From positions 288,001-352,000 of the forward strand of contig CAVPOM010000004.1 in assembly GCA_963707025.1 (NCBI GenBank): a stretch of 64,000 nucleotides of DNA, read 5' to 3'. The position numbers and the translations under genes were made by a program. The notes under the pieces are model-generated. The model made no database searches. It was not told the origin of the DNA and saw nothing but the letters and a program-made list of their open reading frames with translations. Shown in pieces: positions 8,420-18,848 of the stretch (positions are counted from its first letter, which is position 1; each line of letters begins with the position of its first letter). Origin of the DNA: an uncultured Verrucomicrobiae bacterium (lineage in GTDB: Bacteria; Verrucomicrobiota; Verrucomicrobiia; Limisphaerales; Palsa-1400).

Positions 8420-9607
8420 TCAACCAGGTTTGCCCGCCACCGGGCCGTTGCCCGCCGGGATGATTTCCTTGAAGGCCGCCATGAAGCGCCCCATTTCGCC
8501 GGCGTCGCCCACCGAGACTCGCAGGTAGTCGTTCATGGGCGGGAAGGGCCGGCCCACCAGCACGCCCCGCTTGCGGAATTCGCCGGTGACGGTATTGACC
8601 GGACGGCGGATGTTGACCATGAAGAAGTTGGCTTGCGACGGGATGACCTCGTAGCCCAGGCCGGTGAGTTCGGCGGTCGTCTTTTTGCGCAGGTCCAGCG
8701 TCATGGCCTTGACCCTGGCCTGCGCCGCGGCGTCCTTCAACCCCGCCGCGCCGCCCCACTTGACGATGGCGTTGATGCTGGCGATGGAATGGGGCCGCAT
8801 GCGTTCGATCAACGCTTGCGGAGCAATGGCGTAACCCAGGCGCATGCCCGCCAGACCGACGATTTTTGAAAAGGTCCGCGCCACGATGACGGGCCGGCCT
8901 TCCAGCACGTATGGAACGGAGGTTTCGTAATCGGGGCTTTCCACAAAATGATGGTAGGCCTCGTCAATCAAAACCGGGATGTCGCCGGGAATGCCGTCGA
9001 GCAATTGTTTGACTTCCCTTTTGGGGACGATGACGCCGGTGGGATTGTTCGGGTTGCACAAATAGACGAAACCGATGTCGCGGCGATTGTCCTGGGTGGC
9101 CTTGATCAGGGCCGGAATGTCCTGGCGGTGGTCGGGCAGGAGGTCGAGCTGAATGGAGTCCGACTTGACGCCGCGGGCAAATTCATAGACGGTGCCGAAG
9201 GTGGGCCTGACGCCAATGACCTTCTTGCCGCCGGCCAAAAACGTTTCGTCCACCACGTCCAGGATTTCGGTGGACCCCGCGCCCAGCAGGACGTGGTCGC
9301 GGGTGACGCCGTGGTGGCCGGCGATGGTCTCGACGATGCCGCCATCGGGATAGCCGTAGCGATTGGCGTATTTGAGCGCGCCGGTCATGGCGTTGAGGAC
9401 CGATTCGGGCGGTCCGTAAGGATTTTCGTTGAAGCACAATTTGGCCAGTTGGTCGTAAGCGTCGCGGGAGAGCGGGCGGCCGTCGGAACCGGTTTCCGGG
9501 GGCATCTGGGCCAGGAGATCGGAGGAAGGGCGCAGGCCGAGGGCAGCGGCGGCGAAGGCCAGGCCGCCCATGAATTTGCGGCGGGAAACAGTGTGGTTGA
9601 CATTCAT
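8420..9607 (-). CDS. Histidinol-phosphate aminotransferase-like PLP enzyme with Tat signal
   Basis: NENPYGP, CNPNNPTG, DEAY, RTFSK...GMRLGY; N-terminal SRRKFMGG twin-arginine motif. Confidence 0.88.
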   Translation of the reverse strand: MNVNHTVSRRKFMGGLAFAAAALGLRPSSDLLAQMPPETGSDGRPLSRDAYDQLAKLCFNENPYGPPESVLNAMTGALKYANRYGYPDGGIVETIAGHHGVTRDHVLLGAGSTEILDVVDETFLAGGKKVIGVRPTFGTVYEFARGVKSDSIQLDLLPDHRQDIPALIKATQDNRRDIGFVYLCNPNNPTGVIVPKREVKQLLDGIPGDIPVLIDEAYHHFVESPDYETSVPYVLEGRPVIVARTFSKIVGLAGMRLGYAIAPQALIERMRPHSIASINAIVKWGGAAGLKDAAAQARVKAMTLDLRKKTTAELTGLGYEVIPSQANFFMVNIRRPVNTVTGEFRKRGVLVGRPFPPMNDYLRVSVGDAGEMGRFMAAFKEIIPAGNGPVAGKPG

Positions 9608-9762
9608 AAACTTTTGGCGTGTTTTTGCGTTGGGTGGCGTGGACACGGCCGGGTTGCGGCCTGGGCGTCATGTCTGAACAAAATCAATTGCACGCGCCGC
9701 ACTCTATCCATTTCCCCGGCGGCTGACAAGCAGGAAAGGACAAGGTGGAAAACGACGATGCG

Positions 9763-10476
9763 TGCAGGACATAATTCTTCCTCGAAAGCCGTCGTGCAGG
9801 GAGAATTACCAAATTGCGTATATAGGGTTGGCCTACCCAGCAGCCTGGTTCCGCTCTCTTCTTGCGGCAAGAGCGAGGACTGGGGGAGAAGGTTAGGATG
9901 AGGGCGAAGCAAAAAGCCAAGTCAGTGGAAAAGCCCGACCTCACCCCGGCTCTCCTCCAGGAGAGGGTGTGACCTCCGCCGTCCTCACGAAATGCCAGCG
10001 CCGGGATTTGCCGGACGCGCCTGCGTCAACCCGAGGCGGGCGAAGTCTGTTCCTTCTCCCAGGGGGAGAAGGTCAGGATGAGGGTGGAGCAAAAAGGCAA
10101 GTCAGTGGAAAAGCCCGACCTCACCCCGGCCCTCTCCTCGAGGAGAGGGTGAAACATCCGCCGCCGTCGCCAAAGGCCAGGGCTGGGATGAATGGGGCGC
10201 TCCTGCACCCAACCGGAGGCGGGCGAAGTCTGTTCCTTCTCCCAGGGGGAGAAGGTCAGGATGAGGGCGGAGCAAAAAGGCAAGTCAGTGGAAAAGCCCG
10301 ACCTCACCCCGGCCCTCTCCTCGAGGAGAGGGTGAAACATCCGCCGCCGTCGCCAAAGGCCAGGGCTGGGATGAATGGGGCGCTCCTGCACCCAACCGGA
10401 GGCGGGCGAAGTCTGTTCCTTCTCCCAAGGGGAAAAGGTTAGGATGAGGGCGAGCCGCGAAAAATCATGTCCTGCA
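9763..10476. mobile_element. MITE-like element, family A copy 1 (714 bp) with tandem ~180-183 bp REP-containing units
   Basis: Ends TGCAGGACAT / ATGTCCTGCA; unit marker GTCAGTGGAA at 9921, 10101 and 10284; homologous to 21445-21792. Confidence 0.8.
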
Positions 10477-10767
10477 CCGGAAAACGCGCGCGCGCCTCTC
10501 GCTGCGGGAGGGCCGGCTGGAACAGGGTTTAAAAAACACGGGCCTGAAGCGGAGCACCGGGAGAACCAGGAGGAAATTTTTGGCGGGGTTTGGCGGCTGG
10601 CATCGCGTATTGTTAGTGACAGCACAAGCCCGCGGACGCCGAGGAGGCCGTCGGGCCGCGCACAGTTAAATCAAGATGAACGGAGATCATTGACCGGTAA
10701 TTCTTTTGCCGCCGCCGCCCAACCATCGCCGGCGGCGGCCCGGGAAGCAATGTCCCGGCCTTCACGC

Positions 10768-13689
10768 ATGAAACGAGGGCTGATCTCATTTTTGGTCGTG
10801 GCAGCAGTTTGCCAGTGCGGCGCCCCGGGCGCCCGCGGGCAGTTCAGCACGGGCAATTTTTTTAATTTTGAAACCGCGCCGGTGCGTCCGGTGGCTTTAA
10901 GCCCGGACGGCACGAAACTGGCCCTGTGCAATTTGCCCGCGGGCCATCTGGAAATCTTCGACATCACTTCCGGGGCGCCGGTTTCTTTGGCCAGCATCCC
11001 GGTGGGGATGGACCCGGTCGCGGTCAACTTTCGCACGACGAACGAAATCTGGGTGGCCAATTATATTTCCGGTTCGATCAGCCTGGTTGAGCTGGCGTCG
11101 CGGCGCGTCTTCAACACCATCGCCACCTCCAACCAGCCGTCGGACATTGTCTTCGCCGGCAACCCGCCGCAGGCCTTCGTGTCGTGCGGGCAGCCCAACC
11201 TGGTCCAGGTGTTCAATCCCCAGACCTGGCAATGGGTGGCCAATGTGGCCATTGACGGCAACCGCCCCCGCGCCCTGGCCGTCAGCCCGGACGGCGCGAC
11301 GGTCTATGCGGCCATTTTTGAATCGGGCAACGCCTCGACCATCATCGGCTCGGGCGTGGCGCAGTTGGGGAATCTGCCCAAGCCCAACGCGGTCAATTTC
11401 CCCGCCGCTCCTTCGGGCGGCCAGAATCCACCCCCGAACAGCGGGTCCAATTTCGTCCCCGCCATCAATCCGGCGCTCTCCAATGCGCCGCCGCCGCGCG
11501 CGGGCTTGATCGTGAAGAAGAACGGGGCGGGCCGCTGGCTGGATGACAACCAGGGCGATTGGACCGAATTCATCCGCGGCAGCAACGCCGCCTTCACCGG
11601 GCGGGTGCCGGGATGGGACATGCCCGACCACGACCTGGCCGTGATCAATGCCAGCAATTATGCCGTCACCTACGCCTGCGGCTTGATGAATATTTGCATG
11701 GCCGTGGCGGTCAATCCGGCCTCGGGAAAAATCAGCGTGGTGGGCACCGAGGCCCTCAACCAGCTCCGCTTTCAACCGGTGCTGCAAAGTGTTTTCCTCC
11801 GGGTCAATCTCGCCCAGGTGGATCCGCTGGCGCTGACCAACACGGTGGTGGATTTGAATCCGCATCTGGATTATCAATCGCGCCAGGTTCCTCCCGACCA
11901 GGTGATGATGTCCATTGGCGATCCGCGCGGCCTGGTCTGGAGCCCGGACGGCACGCGCGGCTATGTCACCGGCATGGGCTCGGACAATTTGGTCATCCTG
12001 GATGCGCAGGGCCATCGGGCGGGATTGACCCCGGCGATCAACCTGGGCCAGGGCCCGACCGGACTGGCGCTGGATGAAAGCCGCCACCGCCTCTATGTCT
12101 ATAACCGGTTCGACGACAGCCTCTCCACCGTGGATACGGTCGGGCAAAGCGTGGTCAGCACGCTGGCCTTGTTCGATCCGACGCCCCAGGTCATCAAGAC
12201 GGGGCGTCCTCATCTTTACAATACCCATCAAACCTCCGGTCTGGGCCAATTGGCCTGCGCCTCCTGCCATGTGGACGCGCGATTGGACCGGCTGGCCTGG
12301 GACCTGGGCGACCCGACCGACGTGATGAACGGGATCGGCACCAACTACAATTTCGCCAACTTTCCGCCGTCGCCCACCAACAATTTCCATCCCATGAAAG
12401 GCCCGATGGTGACGCTGAGTCTGCAGGATATCATCGGCCACGAACCCTTTCACTGGCGGGGGGACCGCGAAGGCCTGGAGGCCTTTGCCCAGACCTTCAC
12501 CAATTTACAAGGCATGCCGGGCGGGCTGACCACCAATCAAATGGCGGAGCTGAAGGCCTTTCTGGCCACGGTGGGACTTGGCCCCAATCCCTTCCGGCCC
12601 ATGGATAATTCGCTTCCGACCAACCTGCCGCTGACGGGAGAATTGGCCCTGGGCCGCGGCTCCCTGCCCGAAGGCGCCCCGCTGCCCAACGGCAACGCGC
12701 AGTCCGGCCAGACGGCTTTTCGCTCCACCAACGCCACCGGTTGCATTATTTGTCACACCCTGCCGGCCGGGTTGGGGACGGACAGCCAATTCAGCGGCGG
12801 CTTGTGGCGCGCCCTGGCCGTGAGCACCAACGGCTCCCATCACGCCGCGCTCATCGAGCTGCCCCGCTCTGCCAATCTCCCGTTCAAAATCCCTTCTTTG
12901 CGAAACTTGACTGATAAAACCGGCATGAGCCTGGTTTCCACGAACAGCCGCGCCGGGTTCGGTTTTCTCAACGATGGCAGTGTGGACAGCCTGGTCCGCT
13001 TTGTGCAGGACGGGTTTGGCATCACCAACGATCAAGCCACGGCCGACTTGATCGCTTTTCTGTTTTCCTTCACCGGCTCCGATTTAATCCCCGGCTCGGC
13101 CACCGACATCAACCGTTCCCCGGGATTGGCCAGCCTGGACACACCGGCGGGAGTGGGACGCCGAATCACCATCAGCGCCACCAACGACGCGCCCACATTG
13201 GATGCCATGCTCGCTCTGGCCGGCGCGCACGCCAGCCGGGTTGATCTGATCGTCAAGGGCATGAAAAACGGCGTGGCGCGCGGCTGGTTCTTCGACACGA
13301 CCAACGGCATCTTTCTCTCCGACCGCCAGGGCGAGACGTATGCGCCCGTGGCCTTGCGCGCACTGGCCGCGCCCGGCAGTGAACAAACCTACATGCTGGT
13401 CCCCAAAGGCACGGGGCTGCGCCTCGGCATTGACCGGGATTTGGACGGATACCTCGACGGCGATTTGCTCGTGCAATCCGCCGCCGCAACCTCCAACGGC
13501 CCGGCCCTCAATTGGACTTCCGTGCTGGGGCTGACTTATCAGCTTCAGTATAAAAACGACCTGGCGGATCCGGCCTGGACGACGCTGCCGCAGAGCATGG
13601 CCGGGACGGGCAACTCCATTTCCATGATTGACAACACCCTCGGGACCAATCGCGCGCGGTATTACCGCGTCACCGCAACCCAGCCCTGA
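10768..13689 (+). CDS. Secreted YVTN/YncE beta-propeller plus di-heme cytochrome c (peroxidase/MauG-like) protein
   Basis: Signal peptide, propeller repeats (ALSPDG, WSPDG), CASCH and CIICH heme motifs, FKIPSLRN; C-terminal W...YYRV module. Confidence 0.8.
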   Translation: MKRGLISFLVVAAVCQCGAPGARGQFSTGNFFNFETAPVRPVALSPDGTKLALCNLPAGHLEIFDITSGAPVSLASIPVGMDPVAVNFRTTNEIWVANYISGSISLVELASRRVFNTIATSNQPSDIVFAGNPPQAFVSCGQPNLVQVFNPQTWQWVANVAIDGNRPRALAVSPDGATVYAAIFESGNASTIIGSGVAQLGNLPKPNAVNFPAAPSGGQNPPPNSGSNFVPAINPALSNAPPPRAGLIVKKNGAGRWLDDNQGDWTEFIRGSNAAFTGRVPGWDMPDHDLAVINASNYAVTYACGLMNICMAVAVNPASGKISVVGTEALNQLRFQPVLQSVFLRVNLAQVDPLALTNTVVDLNPHLDYQSRQVPPDQVMMSIGDPRGLVWSPDGTRGYVTGMGSDNLVILDAQGHRAGLTPAINLGQGPTGLALDESRHRLYVYNRFDDSLSTVDTVGQSVVSTLALFDPTPQVIKTGRPHLYNTHQTSGLGQLACASCHVDARLDRLAWDLGDPTDVMNGIGTNYNFANFPPSPTNNFHPMKGPMVTLSLQDIIGHEPFHWRGDREGLEAFAQTFTNLQGMPGGLTTNQMAELKAFLATVGLGPNPFRPMDNSLPTNLPLTGELALGRGSLPEGAPLPNGNAQSGQTAFRSTNATGCIICHTLPAGLGTDSQFSGGLWRALAVSTNGSHHAALIELPRSANLPFKIPSLRNLTDKTGMSLVSTNSRAGFGFLNDGSVDSLVRFVQDGFGITNDQATADLIAFLFSFTGSDLIPGSATDINRSPGLASLDTPAGVGRRITISATNDAPTLDAMLALAGAHASRVDLIVKGMKNGVARGWFFDTTNGIFLSDRQGETYAPVALRALAAPGSEQTYMLVPKGTGLRLGIDRDLDGYLDGDLLVQSAAATSNGPALNWTSVLGLTYQLQYKNDLADPAWTTLPQSMAGTGNSISMIDNTLGTNRARYYRVTATQP

Positions 13690-13691
13690 CC

Positions 13692-15014
13692 ATGAAGCCC
13701 GCCCATTGCCTGATGCGCTTGGCCCTGATCGCCGGCGGATGGCTGGGGCTGGAGGCCAGCCTCCCGGCCCAGCGGGCTTTCAGCATTTCCCTCTCGCTCA
13801 CCAACCAGGCCCAACCGCTGGTCAGTTGGAACGCGCAGTCCGCCACGCCGGTGGGCGATCTGCTCATCGTGCCGCAATTTCAGGTCCTGCGCAGCGGCGA
13901 CCTCCAGAACTGGACGCCCGTGGGCAGCCTGGTCACCGGCGCGCTTCATCAAAACCTGAGCTTGGCGGATTCCAATTCCGCCGCCGCGTTTTACCGGGTG
14001 CAATCGGTCATCCGCCTGGAGTACGCGCCCTTGGACAATGTCGTGCTCACCTCCGGCCAACTGGACGGGGCGGACTTTTTCGGGGCCAGTCTGTTCAACG
14101 CCAGTTTGGACTCCGCGGAATTGGAGCAGGCCGTCCTGGCCGGGGCCGATTTGGGCAACGCCAACCTGACCGGCGCGGATTTGCTGGAGGCGGATCTGTT
14201 CGGCGTCGAAGCCGCCGGCACCACCTTTGATCTGGCCACCTTGCACGGGGCGGACGCGCGCTTTGCCGATTTCGGCGGCGCCAGCATGGTCAACACCGAC
14301 CTGAGCGACGCCGACCTGAGTTCGGCCGCGCTGGCGGGCGCGACCCTTGATTTGGCCGTTTTCCAGGGAATGATCGTGGACTCCAATACCGTCCTGGATC
14401 CCAAGCCGGCCCTGATATGGCAAATCGTCAACCAGGGCGCGCCCAACGCCGACCTGGCCGGCCAGGACCTCAGCTTCGCCGTCCTGACCAACGCCAATCT
14501 AAACGGGGCCAGGTTGAACAACGCCAACCTCACCGCCTCCGACCTGGAAGGCGCGGACATTCGCAACGCCAACCTCACCGGCGCGTTGCTCGCCTTCGTC
14601 AATTTCCAGGGAACGCTCCTCAACTCCAACACCCTGATCAATGCGCAGGCCCTGCTCGTCTGGAAAATCCTCAATCAGAATGCCGGCGCCAACGCGAACC
14701 TGGCCGGGATCAATCTGAACAGCGTCTGGCTCGTCGCGGCCAACCTGACCAACGCCGATCTGGCCGGGGCCAATTGCGGAAACTCCGAGTTTTTCCAGGC
14801 CAATTTGAACGGGGCCGACTGCGCCCACGCCATTTTCTCGCAATCGGATTTGACCAGCGCCACCCTGACCAACGCCAACCTCACCTCCGCCAGCATGACC
14901 TTTGTCAATTTGAGCGACGCCAACCTTTTCCACGCCATCACCAACGGCTGCAACTTCACCGGCGCGCTATTCACCAACACCATCATGCCCGACGGTTCCA
15001 TCCGCAATTTCTGA
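13692..15014 (+). CDS. Secreted pentapeptide-repeat protein
   Basis: Signal peptide, N-terminal W...FYRV module, extensive A(D/N)LxxA repeats. Confidence 0.9.
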   Translation: MKPAHCLMRLALIAGGWLGLEASLPAQRAFSISLSLTNQAQPLVSWNAQSATPVGDLLIVPQFQVLRSGDLQNWTPVGSLVTGALHQNLSLADSNSAAAFYRVQSVIRLEYAPLDNVVLTSGQLDGADFFGASLFNASLDSAELEQAVLAGADLGNANLTGADLLEADLFGVEAAGTTFDLATLHGADARFADFGGASMVNTDLSDADLSSAALAGATLDLAVFQGMIVDSNTVLDPKPALIWQIVNQGAPNADLAGQDLSFAVLTNANLNGARLNNANLTASDLEGADIRNANLTGALLAFVNFQGTLLNSNTLINAQALLVWKILNQNAGANANLAGINLNSVWLVAANLTNADLAGANCGNSEFFQANLNGADCAHAIFSQSDLTSATLTNANLTSASMTFVNLSDANLFHAITNGCNFTGALFTNTIMPDGSIRNF

Positions 15015-15241
15015 CCCGCCGCCCGCTGAGGCCCTCTGACCCGCCGTGGCTTTCTCCGAAGAAATCGAGTATCGGCCCGATCCCGATGAATCGGGACCCT
15101 GCCACCCATGACGGCCGCATTGCACTGCACGGTGGTTGGAGGAGGGCGGCTGAGTTGGGGCGGCAGGCCGCCAAGGGTCTGCGCCTCGGATTCCTTCCCA
15201 ATAGGTCGTTGTCCGCTGCGCTTAATCTCGTTGCGGCCGCC

Positions 15242-16582
15242 TCATTGGGAACTGATGCGGTAGTACCGTCCGACGCTGCCTGGCTGAAAAGGTTCGCTGA
15301 AATAATACGCGCCGTTGGTCAGGGTGAGGCTTTGCAGCGGAGTCCAAACGGGGCCGGCGAGATTGGCGCAGGCTTCCACCACGATGGGGATATTGGTGGT
15401 GCCGGTGATGTTGAAGCCAAATTGACCGTTCTGCACGCCAAAGCTGCCATCGCCGGTTTGAATCAGCGGGTTCCACAGCACGGCCGGATGCCCGGTATTG
15501 GCGGAAAACTCACCCCAGCCGGTCGTGCCGGGCAAATAATAATTGGTCACGGGATCGCCTGGACCTTCTCCAACATCATTGAAAACAGACCAATCAGCGG
15601 TGGGAGCATGACCCTGGAAATAAAGACTGGTCAATTTGGAGCAGCGTGCGAAGGCGCCCTCCCCGATGCTGAGCAGGCCGCCCGCGATGGCGGCATTGGT
15701 GAGGCTGGTGCAGGTGTCGAACGCATAATTCCCGATGTTGGTGACGCTGCCGGGAATCCTGACGTTACTCAAGTTGGTGCATAAAAGGAACGCATAATCC
15801 GCTATGGTGGTGACGGTGCCGGGAATGTTGTAACTTCCGGCCTTGCCCCCTGGATATTCAAGAAGCGTAGCCTCGCGCTTGTCGAACAAGACTCCAAGCA
15901 AACTGCTATAATCTTGATTGTTTGCATCCACCGTGATCGCCGTGAGGCCGGTGCATTGAGGGAAGGCTCCCTCGATGTTGGTGACGCTGGCGGGAATCGT
16001 CACGCTGGCCAGGCTGGTACAGCCGTAAAACGCGCCGCCTCCGATACTGAGGACGCCGTTGGCGATGGTGGCGTTTGTCAGGCTCGAACAGTTCTCGAAG
16101 GCAGATTCCCCGATGGTGATGAGACTGCCGGGAATCGTGACGCTGGTCAGGCCGATGCAGTCCACGAACGCAAGCTCCCCGATGCTCAGCACGCCGCTGC
16201 CAATGGTAACGGTAGTCAGGCCGTGGGAAGTTTCGAACGCCCCCACCCCGATGTTGGTTACGCTGTCAGGAATGGTGACGTTGGTCAGGTAGTCGCAGTT
16301 GCCGAACGCATTGACGTCTATGTCGGTGACGCCTTCGGGAATAATAACACTGTCCAGGTCGGCGAGGCTCGAGAACGCGTTTGGCCCGATGATGGTAACT
16401 GGCAGGCCTGTGTCGTTCGTGGCTGGAATGGTCAGATTCCCTCCAGCGCCTGAATAACCGGTGAGGGTGACAGTGATGCCGTCAGCATTCGTCGTGAAAC
16501 TGTATTGCGCTTGGACGCCCGTCGGTGCGGCTAACAGCGCGACCATCATGGTAATTATTCCACCCAAAATCATTTTCTTCAT
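15242..16582 (-). CDS. BspA-type leucine-rich-repeat (LRR_5) surface protein
   Basis: LTSVTIPxSVTxIGxxAFxxC repeats; signal peptide; C-terminal W...YYRI module. Confidence 0.92.
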   Translation of the reverse strand: MKKMILGGIITMMVALLAAPTGVQAQYSFTTNADGITVTLTGYSGAGGNLTIPATNDTGLPVTIIGPNAFSSLADLDSVIIPEGVTDIDVNAFGNCDYLTNVTIPDSVTNIGVGAFETSHGLTTVTIGSGVLSIGELAFVDCIGLTSVTIPGSLITIGESAFENCSSLTNATIANGVLSIGGGAFYGCTSLASVTIPASVTNIEGAFPQCTGLTAITVDANNQDYSSLLGVLFDKREATLLEYPGGKAGSYNIPGTVTTIADYAFLLCTNLSNVRIPGSVTNIGNYAFDTCTSLTNAAIAGGLLSIGEGAFARCSKLTSLYFQGHAPTADWSVFNDVGEGPGDPVTNYYLPGTTGWGEFSANTGHPAVLWNPLIQTGDGSFGVQNGQFGFNITGTTNIPIVVEACANLAGPVWTPLQSLTLTNGAYYFSEPFQPGSVGRYYRISSQ

Positions 16583-16627
16583 GCAAAACTCCTTTTCTGT
16601 TTATTTTGATCCCTCATCCTGCCCCGC

Positions 16628-17397
16628 CTATGGGAAACTGATGACGCCGCCAATATAACCGTAGGCGTCGCAAAACCCAAATCCATAAACCTGGACTTCA
16701 AACGGCTGGGAGCTGGTAACCTTATGCGTACCCCACTCCACCGGAACTCGGGCTCCGGAATAACCACTGCTCCCAACCTGTACGAAATTGGTCCCTGCCA
16801 AGTTCGTGCTATCCAAGGCGGTCGTTGATATCGCTGATTGAGGCACAATGAGAGTCAAAAAAGTTTTGTAAGGAGCTGACTGCCCGTCAAGATAGGCTGG
16901 AATAACGATTGTGTAAGAGCTCATATAATGACCTGCTGGCGGCAACAACATCTCCAGAGGATCTCCTTCGTGTTAAGTTGATTGTCGAATTCAGCCCCAT
17001 TGGCGAATTGGGCGACTTGAATGGGTTTGTTGGCCTGGAATTGCACCCATCCTTCGAGGATGGTGTCAAAGAAATGCCCTGCCCCTAGGCTGTTGGTCAC
17101 TACACCGTTGATCGTCGTTGTGGTCACGACCGTAGCGTCATTCGCCGCAAGGACACGATAACTGTCACCGTTGGTTCGATCCGCGAAGGAAAGAGCCAAC
17201 GCTTCTGTTCCCCACGAAGCGAGAGGGAGTTGCTCCTGCACAAGCGGATTCTCATACTGAGTGTTGGTATCCGGGAGATAGGCAGCATTCGCACCGGCGA
17301 ATACTGCAATTGGATTGGTCGAAGTGATCAACGTGCCCGTCACATCGTTTGTAAACGTGATGCTGTTGATTTCATAGGTTTCTCCTTGGTTCAGGTT
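16628..17397 (-). pseudogene. 3' part of IgGFc-binding-domain protein (IS-disrupted; further frameshift ~16970)
   Basis: NLNQGETY, GTLITSTNPIAVFAG, EQLPLASWG, KPIQVAQF, VYGFGFCDAYGY motifs split over two frames. Confidence 0.8.
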
Positions 17398-18848
17398 CAC
17401 AGCCATCCCACAGGAAATTGGAAAAAAGTGTTGGCTTGACCATTTGAACCTGCCACAAGGCAGGCATGAAAAACAAAAAAATCAAACCAACACGGTCCCG
17501 GTTTAACGTTTTGCGCCAGATTTGCAATCTCATTCCTGCGCATGAAGTCTCCAAAATAGCGCGGGAGACCGGGGCTCTGGATAAGTCGCGCACCTTCAGT
17601 CCGTGGAGTCACACGGTCAGTTTGCTGGACGCGCAACTCACCCATTGCATCGGACTCAACGATCTGTGCGACTCGCTGCAATTGCATTCCGGGCCGCTGT
17701 CCACTTTGCGCGGCGCCAGCGCCCCCAGCCGCAACGGCCTCTCCCACGCCAACCGGGAGCGTCCGGCCCAGATGGCCGAACAACTCTTCTGGCGGGTCCT
17801 GGAGCATTTGAAAGCACAGACGCCCGGCTTTGCCGCGGGCCAGCGCCGTGGCCCCGCCTTCCGTTTCAAGATGCCCATCCATGTGATTGATAGCACGACC
17901 ATGGAACTGGTGGCCAACTGCCTGGACTGGGCCAAGCACCGCCGGCGCAAGGCCGCCGCCAAAACCCATATGCGGTTGAATCTGCAGAATCTTTTGCCCG
18001 GTTTTGTCATTGTGGACACTGCCGCCGAGCACGACAACCGACGGGCGCGGGAACTGTGCGCCGACTTGAAGAGCGGCGAAATCGCCTTGTTCGACAAGGG
18101 TTATGTGGACTTCGGCCACTTGCGGGATTTGGACGGGCGCGGGGTCTTTTGGGTGACGCGGGCCAAGGAGAACATGGGCTATGAGGTGGTGCGGAAAATG
18201 CCCGCCTCCAGAGACCCGAAGATTTTGCGCGACGAAGTGATCGTCCTGAGCAACGAGAACAAACCCGCGCCGGAGTTGATGCGCCGGGTGGTGGCGCTGG
18301 TCGAGATTGATGGAGAGGAACGGGAAATGACCTTCCTGACCAACAACCTGGAGTGGAGTCCGCGCAGCGTGGCCGACCTTTACCGCTGCCGCTGGCAGAT
18401 CGAAGTCTTCTTCAAACAAATCAAGCAGACCTTGCAGTTGGCGGATTTTCTGGGCCACAACGCCAACGCCGTGCGCTGGCAGGTGTGGACGGCGCTGTTG
18501 ACCTACGTGCTGTTGCGCTACCTCAGTCACCTCTCCAACTGGGCGCACAGCTTCACCCGGCTGTTCACGATTTTGCGGGCGGCGCTCTGGGAGAAATATG
18601 ATCTGCTCAATTTGCTGGCGTGCTATGGGACAGCAGGCGGCAGCTTTCGCCACTTGGCGCGGCCCGAGCAGGCGTATTTCCCCGGCTTCCAATAAAGCTA
18701 TGGGACAGCACACGCGCCCAAACAGGCGCATACCAAACCCAAAAGCCAAACTCGGAAAAATCAAAATCTCATTTTACCCCGAAGACCAATTAAACCCTTG
18801 CAAATGAACAGGTCAGCACCAGACTTTTCCCCTTATGAGACGGGTGTG
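17398..18848 (+). mobile_element. IS4-family insertion sequence (~1451 bp)
   Basis: Imperfect inverted ends CACAGCCATCCCACA / TATGAGACGGGTGTG; related internal TATGGGACAGCA copies near 18624 and 18699; transposase inside. Confidence 0.85.
17466..18695 (+). CDS. IS4-family DDE transposase (DUF4372-like N-terminus)
   Basis: IDST, FDKGY and YRCRWQIEVFFKQIKQ (Y-R-E-K signature). Confidence 0.95.
   Translation: MKNKKIKPTRSRFNVLRQICNLIPAHEVSKIARETGALDKSRTFSPWSHTVSLLDAQLTHCIGLNDLCDSLQLHSGPLSTLRGASAPSRNGLSHANRERPAQMAEQLFWRVLEHLKAQTPGFAAGQRRGPAFRFKMPIHVIDSTTMELVANCLDWAKHRRRKAAAKTHMRLNLQNLLPGFVIVDTAAEHDNRRARELCADLKSGEIALFDKGYVDFGHLRDLDGRGVFWVTRAKENMGYEVVRKMPASRDPKILRDEVIVLSNENKPAPELMRRVVALVEIDGEEREMTFLTNNLEWSPRSVADLYRCRWQIEVFFKQIKQTLQLADFLGHNANAVRWQVWTALLTYVLLRYLSHLSNWAHSFTRLFTILRAALWEKYDLLNLLACYGTAGGSFRHLARPEQAYFPGFQ

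Noticed and set aside
9880..10460. CRISPR array or repeat protein (ORFs 9969-10442 and 10026-10625)
   Set aside because: The units are near-identical ~183-bp tandem copies with no unique spacers and no cas genes; the ORFs are by-products of an in-frame DNA repeat.
10375..10767. N-terminal extension of the 1104-aa ORF
   Set aside because: It starts inside the MITE; a signal peptide begins at ATG 10768 (or 10750).
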